From Candidatus Latescibacterota bacterium (GTDB taxonomy: Bacteria > Latescibacterota > CBDEFO01): a stretch of 64,000 bases of DNA. The DNA lies in contig OZ252149.1 in assembly GCA_965248755.1 (NCBI GenBank), forward strand, positions 4,476,736-4,540,735, read 5' to 3'. Below the pieces are notes generated by a model. The model saw only the letters and a list, made by a program, of their open reading frames with translations. It searched no databases and was not told the origin of the DNA. Positions 46,677 through 56,755 of the stretch are shown piece after piece (positions within the stretch are counted from its first letter, which is position 1; each line of letters starts with the position of its first letter). The position numbers were made by a program, and so were the translations under genes.

Positions 46677-49600
46677 CTATCTCATAAGAAGCATTCTCTT
46701 GCTGCTCACAAAGTTATCCGTCAAAATCCTGTAGAAATAAATTCCACTGGCCAAATCGGTCCCATTATCGTCCATTCCATCCCACCTGACAACATAGTGA
46801 GACGCCTTTTGATGCTCATCCACAAGTGTTCTAACTGGCTGTCCTAAGAGGTTGTATATCCTTAGCCAAACGTGATTGTCCTCAGGCATATCATAGCTGA
46901 TCTCCGTCTCAGGATTGAACGGATTTGGGAAATTCTGGAACAGAGTGTAAGCCTGAGGGACATCACCGCTATCATTCTCATCTAAATCGGGTAATTTCAT
47001 CGTTATCGTCTCTGTCAGGATGAGTTCACTTATATCCTGAGGAGTGTCAGTTCCCACTTCACCCTTGTGAATTCCATATCGTCCCGAGGACCCATAATAC
47101 TCTAACACTACATCATCTCCACTCAAATACTGGAATGGATCACCCGTCACACGATCCCTTAAATTCCCGAGATTCAAAGACCAATATCCACTTGCCGAAG
47201 CCGTAGCCGATATGCGATCCGATTCCTTCCCTTCGTGCACGACTTTGGCATAGACCAGTCCCCTATCTTCTATCTGATTACCACCCTCCTCTACCATTCT
47301 TCCGTAAATCACGTAGGGATAGGGAATCGAGGTTAAAGGAGGGGTAGTTTCAAAAGTGCGGGCCTTGTTCTCACCTTTACCGTTTGAATCCAACGGCAAA
47401 ATTCTGTAATAATAGTTCGTATTAGGCGATAGTCCAATGATTTCCACTAAGTGCAAATCGTCAGGATATTCGACTCCTCTGACATCATATGCTATGTCGT
47501 AATAAGAGAAATCAGGATCAGTGCCATATTGCACCTGAGCTAAATGATTCTCGGAGCTGATCCAAGATACAGTAGCCGCCAAGTCGGTCACGTTAGATAC
47601 CCTCACCTCGAAGGGAAACACATTGGGACTGACCTCTTCCTCAAATTTTCTATAATTGAGCTCGTAGGGTTCTGGGGTAATCGCTTTGGGAGCTGAAACA
47701 GGAGGCGTGAACTCGGTTAAAGCAAGAACCTTAACAAAATATCCCTCGCCCAACTCTATGCTGAACGCTTGTGCAGGATCTGTAATCACCGTACCATCCG
47801 AAGTCCTTATCGCAGATTCAAACAAGCTCGCAGCATTATTCCATCTGTCTATCTCCCTCGCATTCGGTATCAACGGCAGCAGTGTGTGAGAAGTAAAGCC
47901 CAGAGGAAACGGAACACCCACGATATTAAATCCCTTTCCTAAAGTGAGCGTTAGAGGAACCCTTATCGGAGACCCTCTGAACGTAACATCGGAAGCCGCT
48001 GTGACCTTGACAAAAATTCCCTCAGGATCTGTTACATCAAACGCTTCTGCAGGATCTGTAATCACCGTACCATCAGAAGCTCTTATCGCAGATTCAAATA
48101 AGCTCGCAGCATTGTTCCATCTATCTATCTCCCTTGCGTTTGCTATCAAGGGAAGCAGTGTGTGTGACGTAATTGTAGATTCGGGCACTACCGGCGGTGA
48201 AATCAGGGAGAATCCCCTGGGAAGGGGGATGACGACTTCTATAGCTGCACTCAGCTGCAGAGTGTCTATATTTACGTTTAGATTCATGTCAGAGGAGGCA
48301 AGGGGAGCAGACGAAGCGCTGTTGCCCCTGCCATCCTTGGCCCCCAGCACAGTTGAAAGGAATGTGCCCGCGCCCGTGGAAAACGTCATCTTTATCAGAC
48401 CGAGTACTGGATGCCTCCCTACCACTAAGTCCAAGGGAAGAGTGGCTACCCCAGTTGGTCCGGTGAGTCCACATATGGGCAGAGACACAAGAGAAGTAAG
48501 AGGATCTGTCACAGTTGCAGAAACCAAAGCTCCCACAGCATCCGTGCTGTCCTCGTTAAGTACCTTCACAGTAGCGTTTTGTGGAAGTCCGGGAGTGCCC
48601 TCGGGCAGCGTATCGAACGTGCCACTGCTTGTGGCCCCCTCAGATCTTACCTCAAATGAATAGCCTTCTGTTGCGGCAGTTAATCCGCTTATACCCACAA
48701 GGTGAGTGTTGAAACCGATTCTGGAAGCAGTAAATACAACGTCCAAAGATATGGAAGGGTTAAGCACGCGCACACTATCTGTCACAGTCGCTGGACGATC
48801 TGTTAGCCACGTAATCGTCGCGCCAGTCGCTGTAAGATTGCAGACCGTAATATCACTGATTACACCAGGAGGCTGAGTCTCCCCTTTCAGCAAGACAGTA
48901 GTATCAGGATGGAGGGGATCGTTGCTGAAGATAGTTAATATCCCGTCGCTGAGTCCTACAGCTGAACGACCAAATTCAATTGTGACCTTCAGGCTATCCC
49001 CTACGGATAAGGTATCCCCTCGCGTCGGATCGGGAGGATCTAATATCGTATAGTCATTGTTGTTCACTCTCAAGCTGTCTATTATCAACACAGTGTCCGG
49101 ATCCCCAACGCTGCGGATAGTGAGCATTCGTCGAACCGCCACGTTCACAGGTGGAGAGTTAAAATCGAGCAGGGTATCCGAAAGGGCGATCTCGGGTTCA
49201 GGAGGTGGGAGTCCAAATCCTATCAAGACCACAGTTGTATCTGGATGAACAGGATCGTTGCTCTTTATAGTCAGCGCATCTATCCTTCCAGCTTCTGCAG
49301 TGGGGGAAAACCTGACCCTTACCTTCAAACTATCATCAGGAGGAACTACCTTCAACCCAGGCGAAGGTTCTACTAACCTGAAGTCGGAGGTGACTGTAAA
49401 GAGACTGTCCACATTCAGAATAGTTCCGCCGACGTTGGAGATGAAGAATATCCTCTGGTTGAACCGTAATCTCTTGACAGCCCCAAAATCCAACGTATCT
49501 AACGGCGCAGGAAGGAGAGCTATAATAGGCCTTGGAGGACGGAGCCCGACACCCACCAGAGCCACAGTACTGTCGGGACTATCAGGATCGTTGCTTAAGA

Positions 49601-51992
49601 TATGAAGCGTGTCTTCTCTGACCCCTGTAAACCCGGGCTCGAACTCAATCGTCACTCTCAGGCTATCGCCGGCCGGTATTGTCCTTATACCTATAGGAGT
49701 TGCAGGCTCTATTATCTGGAACTCACCTGTGCTGGCTATAAAAAGACTATCAATGATTAAGTCCGTCCCGCGCTCGTTGATAATATAGAGAATCCTTTGA
49801 GAGAAAGTGTCTATTCTAACGCTTCCAAAGCCCAAAACGGTGTCTGAAAGAGCAAGCGAAGGCACCGACGGCGCAGTGATCCTTATCTTCCCTCTTCTCA
49901 CAGCAGGTATGATTCCCTCGTTCAACTCAGGATTCGGGCCGCTCCTCGGGCCAAAAATATCCACAATTGTCGAATCCCCCTCAGACCCTACGGCCGTGAA
50001 CTTTATGAACACCAAAGGACCATTGCCATTTATCGGGTTCGCTGAAGCAAGGCCAATATTGATAACTCCATTTTCTACGTTGAACGCTAAACTTGGACTG
50101 TCAGTGACTATTGTCCCGGCCAAAGTCGCGCTGTCGGCTCTTATAACAGCGGGATTGTAGGTAATACCCATCTCAGCCGAGAAGATGAAGCCCCCCGGAT
50201 TGCCCTCTAATATTACGGGGACTAACTCCATCTCACCTTCATTTATCTCTATGTTATCAGGTATCACCAAAACTACGGGAGCTACTACCTTTACTAACCC
50301 GTCCACTGTCTCTACAGAGTCCTCGTTCAAAAGACCGTTCTCCAGATCCAACACCGTAGAATCTCCCGGAGCACCCACAACCTCAAAATGCAGATCAACC
50401 AATACACCGTTGCCTGATATCGGCGTAGGGCCTGCCAACGCCACATTCAGCGATCCGGGGGATATTTCATTTGCCACAATCCGCCATAGATTATCCACTA
50501 CAGAACCTGTAGAGAACATGGAAGTATCTGCTCTCAGAACTGCAGGATCGTAGTGAACCCTAAACTGAGCTGAGATCACCTGAGCTCCAGGGAATAAACT
50601 GTCTACGAACACCGGGACCTTTGCCCACTCCCCGGGTGAAGCTTCCAAGAAGCCAGTCCTCAAAATCCCTGGCGGCACAACTGCGAAAAGTCCGTCAATT
50701 GCCTCTACAGGGGTCTCGTTCAAAAGACCATTCTCCAGATTCAACACCGTAAAATTGCCGACATTTCCTATGACCTTAGCGTGTATGACTGCCAGAACGC
50801 CGCTTCCCAAAAGAGGAGGTTGAGCGCCCGCCATAGCCACGGAGACCTTGCCAGGAATAGTCACATTGACAACGAACTGCCACGAGGTGTCGACGACGTT
50901 CCCCCTAAAGCTCATCGCAGAACCAGGCTCTATTACCGTTGGATCGTAGAAAAGATCAAACTCGGCGGATACAAAGCCATCTTCCCGAAAGATTCGGTCC
51001 ACAAAGACTGGAATCTCCACCCACGACCCTTTGACCGCCTTTATAGTGTCTGCACGAATGGCAATTGGAGGAGCCACACCCTGCACAAATAGTGATCCGT
51101 TATCCAGAATCCCCCCCAAATCGGTCACAAAATTCTTCTCGTTGGCAAGAGCTCCTGGCTCGAATACTATGTCCGTGGAATCTCCATCGGCTCCTACTAC
51201 TCTAAATCCTATAAACGCTAAAGTTGTGTTCCCAACTAAAGGAGTGGACCCCGCCAGAGCGACCTTTACAGTATCACTGTTGGTTATGTTGCCGACTATT
51301 TGCCACGTGGCATCAGGCAGAGACCCCGGAAGCACAGAGGCCGGCTTCAAGACGCTTCCCTTGAACACAAGCTCCAACTGAACTGAAATGATGCTGTCTG
51401 CTAGCGTAATGCCATAAATACCCACAGGGACAACTATCAGATCGCCAGACCTGGCTGATGTATCCGGTACACTTAAAGCCTTAACAGCAAGTGGCGCTCC
51501 CAACACCCTAAACGAACCGTTATCTGAGGACGAAAGCCCAGGGCTTTCGTCGAACACCGCTTTCTGAAAGGTTAAGGAGGAGGTCTGTCCTGGAGAACCT
51601 ACAACGTTGAACGATATAACAGCCAGTGTCCCTGTGCCGCTGAAGGGTTCCTGGAAATCGGCTATGGCGAACCGGACTATACCCGGATCGGAGAGGTTTG
51701 AAAAAGGTGAAGTGGCTGTCAGGTCTCCCTTTTTTACCGCAGTCGCTTGAAGTGCTGATGCATCATAAGTTATCTCTATGTCCGCAGAAAAAACACCTGG
51801 TCCCCCTGTCATCTCTGTCACTGTGACCGGAATATCGATGCTTATACTCGGATCTGCTGATGTATCAGGTAAAACCACACGAACTGATGTGCTGTCGATC
51901 GCAAATATATCAGAAGCGGGAAAGACCAGAATACAGGTCGCTACAACCACTCGTAATAGGAAGTTAAACAGAAACGTCGATTTCATAGTCAT
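46677..51992 (-). CDS. scaffoldin-like secreted protein: 5 tandem cohesins + 3 ASH/choice-of-anchor-D Ig + FN3-like modules + internal repeat + FlgD-Ig/T9SS-like CTD
   Basis: Signal peptide; five ~135-aa repeats '.P...A..G..V.IPV......G..SA...I.YDP..L......G.......V.A.A...P..G.G.L....F.V.G..G..T.L....G.LNE......G...V'; three 'L.FG.V......L.I.N.G...L.IDSL...SNDP..PD..V.L.G' repeats; CTD 'LFQNFPNPFNPET.I'. Confidence 0.88.
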   Translation of the reverse strand: MTMKSTFLFNFLLRVVVATCILVFPASDIFAIDSTSVRVVLPDTSADPSISIDIPVTVTEMTGGPGVFSADIEITYDASALQATAVKKGDLTATSPFSNLSDPGIVRFAIADFQEPFSGTGTLAVISFNVVGSPGQTSSLTFQKAVFDESPGLSSSDNGSFRVLGAPLAVKALSVPDTSARSGDLIVVPVGIYGITLADSIISVQLELVFKGSVLKPASVLPGSLPDATWQIVGNITNSDTVKVALAGSTPLVGNTTLAFIGFRVVGADGDSTDIVFEPGALANEKNFVTDLGGILDNGSLFVQGVAPPIAIRADTIKAVKGSWVEIPVFVDRIFREDGFVSAEFDLFYDPTVIEPGSAMSFRGNVVDTSWQFVVNVTIPGKVSVAMAGAQPPLLGSGVLAVIHAKVIGNVGNFTVLNLENGLLNETPVEAIDGLFAVVPPGILRTGFLEASPGEWAKVPVFVDSLFPGAQVISAQFRVHYDPAVLRADTSMFSTGSVVDNLWRIVANEISPGSLNVALAGPTPISGNGVLVDLHFEVVGAPGDSTVLDLENGLLNEDSVETVDGLVKVVAPVVLVIPDNIEINEGEMELVPVILEGNPGGFIFSAEMGITYNPAVIRADSATLAGTIVTDSPSLAFNVENGVINIGLASANPINGNGPLVFIKFTAVGSEGDSTIVDIFGPRSGPNPELNEGIIPAVRRGKIRITAPSVPSLALSDTVLGFGSVRIDTFSQRILYIINERGTDLIIDSLFIASTGEFQIIEPATPIGIRTIPAGDSLRVTIEFEPGFTGVREDTLHILSNDPDSPDSTVALVGVGLRPPRPIIALLPAPLDTLDFGAVKRLRFNQRIFFISNVGGTILNVDSLFTVTSDFRLVEPSPGLKVVPPDDSLKVRVRFSPTAEAGRIDALTIKSNDPVHPDTTVVLIGFGLPPPEPEIALSDTLLDFNSPPVNVAVRRMLTIRSVGDPDTVLIIDSLRVNNNDYTILDPPDPTRGDTLSVGDSLKVTIEFGRSAVGLSDGILTIFSNDPLHPDTTVLLKGETQPPGVISDITVCNLTATGATITWLTDRPATVTDSVRVLNPSISLDVVFTASRIGFNTHLVGISGLTAATEGYSFEVRSEGATSSGTFDTLPEGTPGLPQNATVKVLNEDSTDAVGALVSATVTDPLTSLVSLPICGLTGPTGVATLPLDLVVGRHPVLGLIKMTFSTGAGTFLSTVLGAKDGRGNSASSAPLASSDMNLNVNIDTLQLSAAIEVVIPLPRGFSLISPPVVPESTITSHTLLPLIANAREIDRWNNAASLFESAIRASDGTVITDPAEAFDVTDPEGIFVKVTAASDVTFRGSPIRVPLTLTLGKGFNIVGVPFPLGFTSHTLLPLIPNAREIDRWNNAASLFESAIRTSDGTVITDPAQAFSIELGEGYFVKVLALTEFTPPVSAPKAITPEPYELNYRKFEEEVSPNVFPFEVRVSNVTDLAATVSWISSENHLAQVQYGTDPDFSYYDIAYDVRGVEYPDDLHLVEIIGLSPNTNYYYRILPLDSNGKGENKARTFETTPPLTSIPYPYVIYGRMVEEGGNQIEDRGLVYAKVVHEGKESDRISATASASGYWSLNLGNLRDRVTGDPFQYLSGDDVVLEYYGSSGRYGIHKGEVGTDTPQDISELILTETITMKLPDLDENDSGDVPQAYTLFQNFPNPFNPETEISYDMPEDNHVWLRIYNLLGQPVRTLVDEHQKASHYVVRWDGMDDNGTDLASGIYFYRILTDNFVSSKRMLLMR

Positions 51993-52147
51993 TCTACGCT
52001 CCTTTACAGACAGACGCTGGCTCGCTCTACGGTTAACAAGTCATTCAGCACTCTTTGCCCCAGGCATCCGACATAAAGCCTGACCATCATCTGGAACCCT
52101 GCGTCCACTTTTCAGGAATTCAGAAACTGCATCGTACTGACCCAGCA

Positions 52148-52176
52148 AATGTATAGCAAAATAGCACAATTGTCAA
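52148..52176 (-). promoter_or_regulatory. sigma-70-type promoter for the cohesin cluster
   Basis: Minus strand TTGACA-N17-TACATT, ~155 bp upstream of the scaffoldin-like gene. Confidence 0.6.
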
Positions 52177-52353
52177 GGACAAATTCATAAAAACACAAAA
52201 AAATTTGACGATGCACCTTATTGGTGCGCACCGCATCGGACACCGGAATGACAACAATTGACGAATGATAGAAGATATACGCCTTAAATATATACTAAAT
52301 GAATCTCTTAATCTGTGACAAGAATCACAATGTTATGGGGAATTCAAGAAATT

Positions 52354-53835
52354 TTAGTCTTCAGATTGGGATTTCTTAGAGTTTGTCATACGTTTTCTGT
52401 ATTTAGCTGGGTTAATTCCCATCTGATCTCTGTATTTCGCTACGGTTCTTCGGGCGAGTTCTATCCCTTCCTTCCTAAGGAGGTCGGATATAACCTGATC
52501 GCTCAGCGGTGAAGAGGGGGTCTCCTCTTTAATCAATTCCCGTATCCTATCCTTAACCGCTTTTACGGACACATCCTCCCCCTTAGACGAGCTTACAGCC
52601 CCGTCGAAGAAGTAATCCAAAGGGAACACCCCATAAGGAGTCTGGATATACTTTCCCTTTTTTACCCTGCTTATCGTCGAGACATGCATTCCTACAGCAT
52701 CGGCTATCTCCTGGAGCACAAGGGGTTTTAGATGTGTCACTCCATGTTCTAAGAAGCTCCTCTGAACGTTAACTATAAGCTGTGTCACCTTCAGCATCGT
52801 CGATTTTCTCTGTTCTATAGCGTTTATCATCCACCTTGCGTCGTTCAGCTTCTTGACCATGAAGTCTTTGACCTCTTGGTCCACTTCTCCGGAATTCTTT
52901 CTCAAAAGTAACCGATAGACCGCACTGATCCTTAACGAAGGGATCGTCCCATCGTTCAAGGTCACCACGTAATTGTCATCTATCTTGTTGACTATAAGAT
53001 CGGGATATACATAGTCTGCAGGGTCAGATTCGACGGCGTTCAGACCCGGCTTCGGGTTCAGTCCAGAGATGACCTCTGCAACCTCTATAACTTCATCGTA
53101 AGCCACCTTCAATGACCTGGAGATCTCGCTGTACCGGACCTTTTGAAGGTCTTCCAGATGATCTTTCACAACCTTCATAGGTAGGCTGTCCTCCATTGCC
53201 CTTTCCCTTAGTTGGATCATAAGACATTCTCTTAGATCCCTTGCTCCTATTCCGGGAGGATCAAAAGTCTGCACTATCTTGAGCACTCTCTCAACATCTA
53301 GAGCCTGCACATCCAGAGCTTCTGCTATGTCTTCAACTGAACAGGTTAAGTAGCCTTCATTGTCAATGTTGCCTATAATGAACTCGCCTATTTTCCTATC
53401 CTCCTTAGAAGAGACAGCTAAATTCAACTGTGAGGATAAAACTTCAATCATTGAAGGCCGACTCCTGTCCCATAACGGATTTTCCCTTTCCTCCCCATCA
53501 GGCCCGTTTGGATCGTAGTCGGCATGGTTGTACGACCCAACATCGTAGCTTTCATCTAAGAAACTATTCCAATCTGCTTCGTCAAAATCCGACACGAGTT
53601 CCTGCTCGGCAATATCGTCATTATCAGGAGATTCATCCCTTTCCTCCTCCGGGCCCTGCTCAGAATCCTCGTCGAGCTCCTGGACCTCTTCCAAAAGGGG
53701 ATTCATCTCCAACTCCTGGGAGATCAGTTGCTCAAGTTCAAGCGTGGTTACCTGAAGCAGTTGAAGCGACTGAATCATCTGAGGGGTCAGTCGCTGTTCT
53801 ATAGTTAATCCTATAGACTGTGTAAGTTTAGGCAT
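52354..53835 (-). CDS. rpoN: RNA polymerase sigma-54 factor
   Basis: Region I 'LTPQMIQSL.LLQ..TLEL', 'DPPGIGARDL.ECL', HTH 'LQEIADAVGMHVSTISR', RpoN box 'ARRTVAKYR'. Confidence 0.97.
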   Translation of the reverse strand: MPKLTQSIGLTIEQRLTPQMIQSLQLLQVTTLELEQLISQELEMNPLLEEVQELDEDSEQGPEEERDESPDNDDIAEQELVSDFDEADWNSFLDESYDVGSYNHADYDPNGPDGEERENPLWDRSRPSMIEVLSSQLNLAVSSKEDRKIGEFIIGNIDNEGYLTCSVEDIAEALDVQALDVERVLKIVQTFDPPGIGARDLRECLMIQLRERAMEDSLPMKVVKDHLEDLQKVRYSEISRSLKVAYDEVIEVAEVISGLNPKPGLNAVESDPADYVYPDLIVNKIDDNYVVTLNDGTIPSLRISAVYRLLLRKNSGEVDQEVKDFMVKKLNDARWMINAIEQRKSTMLKVTQLIVNVQRSFLEHGVTHLKPLVLQEIADAVGMHVSTISRVKKGKYIQTPYGVFPLDYFFDGAVSSSKGEDVSVKAVKDRIRELIKEETPSSPLSDQVISDLLRKEGIELARRTVAKYRDQMGINPAKYRKRMTNSKKSQSED

Positions 53836-53879
53836 TTCTGTACGTTCAGTTAAAGGCAGCAATTGATAAAGGGTTCGTT

Positions 53880-53895
53880 AGCAATTATCGTACCA
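53880..53895 (-). promoter_or_regulatory. sigma-54 -24/-12 box upstream of rpoN
   Basis: Minus strand TGGTACG-ATAA-TTGCT, 45 bp before the rpoN ATG. Confidence 0.7.
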
Positions 53896-53965
53896 GTATT
53901 AAGGTAATAAAAAGGTCTCGCTTACACAACCAATTTCTGATCGGTACTACACTCTACCGCATTTT

Positions 53966-54697
53966 TCAATGGAGTGTAAAGCTCTCGCCCAGATATATCT
54001 TCTTTGCTTCAGGATCGTTTGCCAGAAACTCTGCCGTTCCTTCTATCAGTATTTCTCCTTCACACATAATATAAGCGTAGTCAGTGATCTCCAAGGTTCC
54101 CCTTACATTGTGATCTGTTATCAAAACTCCCAATCCCTTGTCCTTCAGCCTCAACACGATATTCTGGATATCTTCTACAGTGATGGGGTCCAGGCCTGCG
54201 AATGGCTCGTCCAAAAGCATAAACTTAGGTTCGATAGCAAGCGTTCTGGTTATCTCTACCCTTCTTCTTTCTCCGCCTGAGAGTGTACTGGCTCTGTTTC
54301 TGGCCAACTTGGAGATTCCGAGTTCATCCATAAGAAATAACGCCTTCTTTTTTCTTTCTCCTTTCGGTATGTCCATGGTCTCCAATATTGCCATAATATT
54401 CTGTTGGACTGTCAACTTCTGGAAGACCGATACCTCTTGAGGCAGATACCCTATACCTTTCTGAGCTCTTCTGTACATAGGAAGGGGCGTAATGTCCTCA
54501 TCTTCTAAAATAATGCTCCCATTGTCTGGGCCGATCATCCCCACGATCATATAGAAAGTCGTCGTCTTTCCTGCGCCGTTGGGGCCCAAAAGTCCTATTA
54601 CCTGGCCCCTTTTCACCTTCAGGGATACACTGTCCACTACTTTTCGCTTCCCGTATATCTTAACTAAACCCTCTGTCGCTAAGGACACAAACCTCAC
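53966..54697 (-). CDS. lptB: LPS export ABC transporter ATP-binding protein
   Basis: 'GLLGPNGAGKTTTFYM', 'GIGYLPQE.SVF', 'LSGGERRRVEI', 'LLDEPFAG.DP', 'ITDHNVR', 'YLGE.F'; precedes rpoN. Confidence 0.96.
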   Translation of the reverse strand: MRFVSLATEGLVKIYGKRKVVDSVSLKVKRGQVIGLLGPNGAGKTTTFYMIVGMIGPDNGSIILEDEDITPLPMYRRAQKGIGYLPQEVSVFQKLTVQQNIMAILETMDIPKGERKKKALFLMDELGISKLARNRASTLSGGERRRVEITRTLAIEPKFMLLDEPFAGLDPITVEDIQNIVLRLKDKGLGVLITDHNVRGTLEITDYAYIMCEGEILIEGTAEFLANDPEAKKIYLGESFTLH

Positions 54698-56067
54698 TGC
54701 CTCCTTTCAATCCCAGTCCCGCTGTCCCGATTGGGGCGATACACGCCCAAAATCCCATCTTTTACCGATACTCGAGCTATCCTCCCATCCTCAAAGTAGA
54801 GCTTTATCCTGTCCCCACTAACTTCGTTCATAGCCCCTTGCGAAACTGCATCGTCAGGCAGGTAATACTTGCTCGTGGCATTACCCTCAGCTATTAGCGT
54901 CTTTAATCCCTCATCCTCAAGTTCTATATGTATCTTTTGGGCGTCTAACATGCTTGGCTTTGAGATCACATCGGGGGAATAAATACTCACTGCGTTGCCC
55001 TCCACAATCGCTCTGTGAAGCTTATTATCTTCTAACTTCAACACTATCGTATCTCCACTTAGATCTACACTTTGAAGAGTATCACCGTAATCTCCCTTGC
55101 GGATCGAGCGTTCTTTTGCATTCCCAGTTACGGTTATTTCCCCGACTGAATCCCCTCTTAACAATATCTCTATAACTTCGCCCTCTGTCCAACTTTCAAC
55201 CCCCTCCTCTCCATTGCGCGCAAGTCTGTGCGACGCCTTCGGTTCTCCTTTGAGCGTCAATTTCCCAACTTCATCCACATACCTTGCCTCGTGGGAGAAA
55301 GCTTCTACCTCGTCCCCTTTTATCCTCACATTCCCCACGACCGCAAGCTCCTCTCCCCCACCGTATATCTCTATTTTATCCCCTGTGATCTGCATATAGT
55401 CCTTGCTTTTGTACCCGAAAAGACTTCCTTTTCCCCTTACTGCCCTTGGAGAATCTAAAAAAACGCCCTTTTTCTCTCTTAGATTGTACTCAGCCCGTCC
55501 TCCTGAAACGACTATATCCCTTCGGCGCATAGCAACCTGCACATCCTCATCGGCCGTAAGAGTTTCCGACTGCTCCTCATATACCACCCTCTGTGCGGTC
55601 AAGACCCTACCCTCTTCGTCCACGACCTCCACATCTCCATATCCCTTTACCACCTTATCTTTCCTCAGGTAAACCGCCCTTTTTGCTCTCACTTTTCTAC
55701 CGTCTTTCTCTATAGACACATTTCCCACTGCTACAGCCCTATCTTCATCCGGGAAATAGGCGATCCGATCCGCCTTGAGCGACCTGGATGAGTCCACCAT
55801 AGACGCTTTGCCCGTAAAGACTATCTCTTCAGGTTCCTCTTTATAGATAACGCTATCTGCGGACAACTTCGTCCCATCGTAAGATGCCTCTACATTTCCC
55901 ACATAATACTTTGTCAATTTCCCATCTCTGTGCACGCTCCTTGTGCTGTCAGCCCTCCCGATAAGGATTCTCTCCTTTTCTAAAGCAGGGGCTTCCCTGC
56001 TAAGCAGTGCTATAAATAGTGTTAGAGTTAATATTATCATAAGGTTATGGCAATCGGCCATCAGCAA
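54694..56067 (-). CDS. LptA/OstA-family beta-jellyroll LPS transport protein (extended, multi-repeat)
   Basis: Signal peptide; repeated 'L.AD.I.Y......A.GNV' OstA motifs; between lptC and lptB. Confidence 0.82.
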   Translation of the reverse strand: MLMADCHNLMIILTLTLFIALLSREAPALEKERILIGRADSTRSVHRDGKLTKYYVGNVEASYDGTKLSADSVIYKEEPEEIVFTGKASMVDSSRSLKADRIAYFPDEDRAVAVGNVSIEKDGRKVRAKRAVYLRKDKVVKGYGDVEVVDEEGRVLTAQRVVYEEQSETLTADEDVQVAMRRRDIVVSGGRAEYNLREKKGVFLDSPRAVRGKGSLFGYKSKDYMQITGDKIEIYGGGEELAVVGNVRIKGDEVEAFSHEARYVDEVGKLTLKGEPKASHRLARNGEEGVESWTEGEVIEILLRGDSVGEITVTGNAKERSIRKGDYGDTLQSVDLSGDTIVLKLEDNKLHRAIVEGNAVSIYSPDVISKPSMLDAQKIHIELEDEGLKTLIAEGNATSKYYLPDDAVSQGAMNEVSGDRIKLYFEDGRIARVSVKDGILGVYRPNRDSGTGIERRQ

Positions 56068-56084
56068 AATATCACTGTTACTTC

Positions 56085-56627
56085 TCAGCTACCGTCAGAC
56101 TTTCGAGAACGCATGGTCACCTCTTTCATAGTCCATTCCTTCAAATCTGGATCGGACTTGAAGCCTGTGCCCTCTTCAATACCGTTCTTTACAGATATTC
56201 TCACCCATTCATCTCCGTATATCTTCCCCTCCTTAGCGTTCCACCTTAACTCCTCGGTCTCCAGCTTAGACTCCTTATCGGACGATATCACAACCACATT
56301 TCCCATCACCTTCACATTCTTCGTATTCTCATTTACATATCCCATCTGAGCCGTCAAAGTAGAAGAATGATTCCCCTCTCTATCGTAGAAGTCTATCTGA
56401 ATCCCCTCGTCTATCTCTAATTCCTTCTTTTCCTGGTACTTTTTAGTATGTCCGGCCTTTACGATAGCCTTTAATACTCCCAGATCTGACAGAATGATCT
56501 TGGAACCCCACGACTCGGAAGTTGGGACTTTTCCATGTTCACCCTCGTATCCTCCCCGATCTGCATCTTCACATGCCATGTTAAGCAACACAATACATGT
56601 AATTGTCAGAAAATATCTTATAATCAT
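56085..56627 (-). CDS. lptC: LPS export periplasmic protein LptC
   Basis: Lipoprotein-like N-terminus; 'I.IDFYD..G..SS.LTA..G', 'GNVVV', 'LETEEL.W', 'G.GF.SD..L'. Confidence 0.88.
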   Translation of the reverse strand: MIIRYFLTITCIVLLNMACEDADRGGYEGEHGKVPTSESWGSKIILSDLGVLKAIVKAGHTKKYQEKKELEIDEGIQIDFYDREGNHSSTLTAQMGYVNENTKNVKVMGNVVVISSDKESKLETEELRWNAKEGKIYGDEWVRISVKNGIEEGTGFKSDPDLKEWTMKEVTMRSRKSDGS

Positions 56628-56755
56628 ATTTATCCACTACAAGATCGCCATATTCAGGCAGTATCATCTCTTTTGTGTTTGCGTAGGACGGAGGTTATTA
56701 TCTGTCCCACCTTCTCTTTTTACACGATGGTTGTGGTCAGAGTCGAAAGTCCAGA

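Noticed and set aside
42617..51381. Long plus-strand ORFs (42617-43318, 45159-46328, 47944-48663 and others)
   Set aside because: Antisense shadows of the large minus-strand genes, with Pro/Ser/Thr-rich composition and no motifs.
52060..52080. sigma-54 promoter for the scaffoldin (TGGGGCA-AAGA-GTGCT)
   Set aside because: GG-N10-GC spacing is present but the match to consensus is otherwise poor; a good sigma-70 promoter exists upstream.
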